NCBI GenBank assembly: GCA_009691025.1
Contig: SHWB01000007.1
Location: 28,231-92,230, forward strand
Length of the DNA stretch: 64,000 nt
Reading direction: 5' to 3'
Origin: Alphaproteobacteria bacterium
GTDB taxonomy: Bacteria; Pseudomonadota; Alphaproteobacteria; UBA6615
The translations under genes were made by a program, and so were the position numbers. The first letter of the stretch is position 1. Every line of letters begins with the position of its first letter. This document shows, in pieces, positions 62,519 to 64,000 of the stretch. A model generated the notes under the pieces. It saw nothing but the letters and a program-made list of their open reading frames with translations. It searched no databases and had not been told where the DNA came from.

Positions 62519-64000
<1,482 letters not shown>

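Overview
High-GC (roughly 65-70%) alphaproteobacterial chromosome segment, Rhizobiales/Hyphomicrobiales-like by gene order (murJ-trpS; rpmH-rnpA-yidD-yidC-yihA-argB; dapD-dapE; pyrF-trpF; [12 protein letters not shown]). About 70 protein genes and one tRNA-Ala are supported. Housekeeping genes called: trpS, ribF, dapD, dapE, argB, argG, folD, rlmI, metY, rpsA. Transport and uptake: znuA, zur-znuCB, ccmABC, the yejABEF peptide/microcin-type ABC importer, a leucyl aminopeptidase and two GSTs. A putative accessory segment of flavin monooxygenase/hydrolase genes lies downstream of tRNA-Ala. The most striking observation is an unusually high density of disrupted but otherwise well-conserved genes. 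At least seven genes carry in-frame nonsense codons (TGA, TAA and TAG all occur), two carry frameshifts at simple repeats, and several are truncated. Many of the disrupted genes encode signalling or regulatory proteins: an EAL/GGDEF protein, a PAS protein, a histidine kinase and an FnrN-like regulator. The others include a DUF3253 protein, a DnaQ-like exonuclease, metY, an alpha/beta hydrolase, and truncated lldD-like and M20 peptidase genes. Other features of note: a probable degraded integrative island at tRNA-Ala with a serine-recombinase remnant, iteron-like repeats and an imperfect att-like repeat; two short low-GC islets with foreign-looking small ORFs; and two families of REP/MITE-like palindromic intergenic repeats, one present in six copies. 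No CRISPR array, rRNA gene or transposase was seen.
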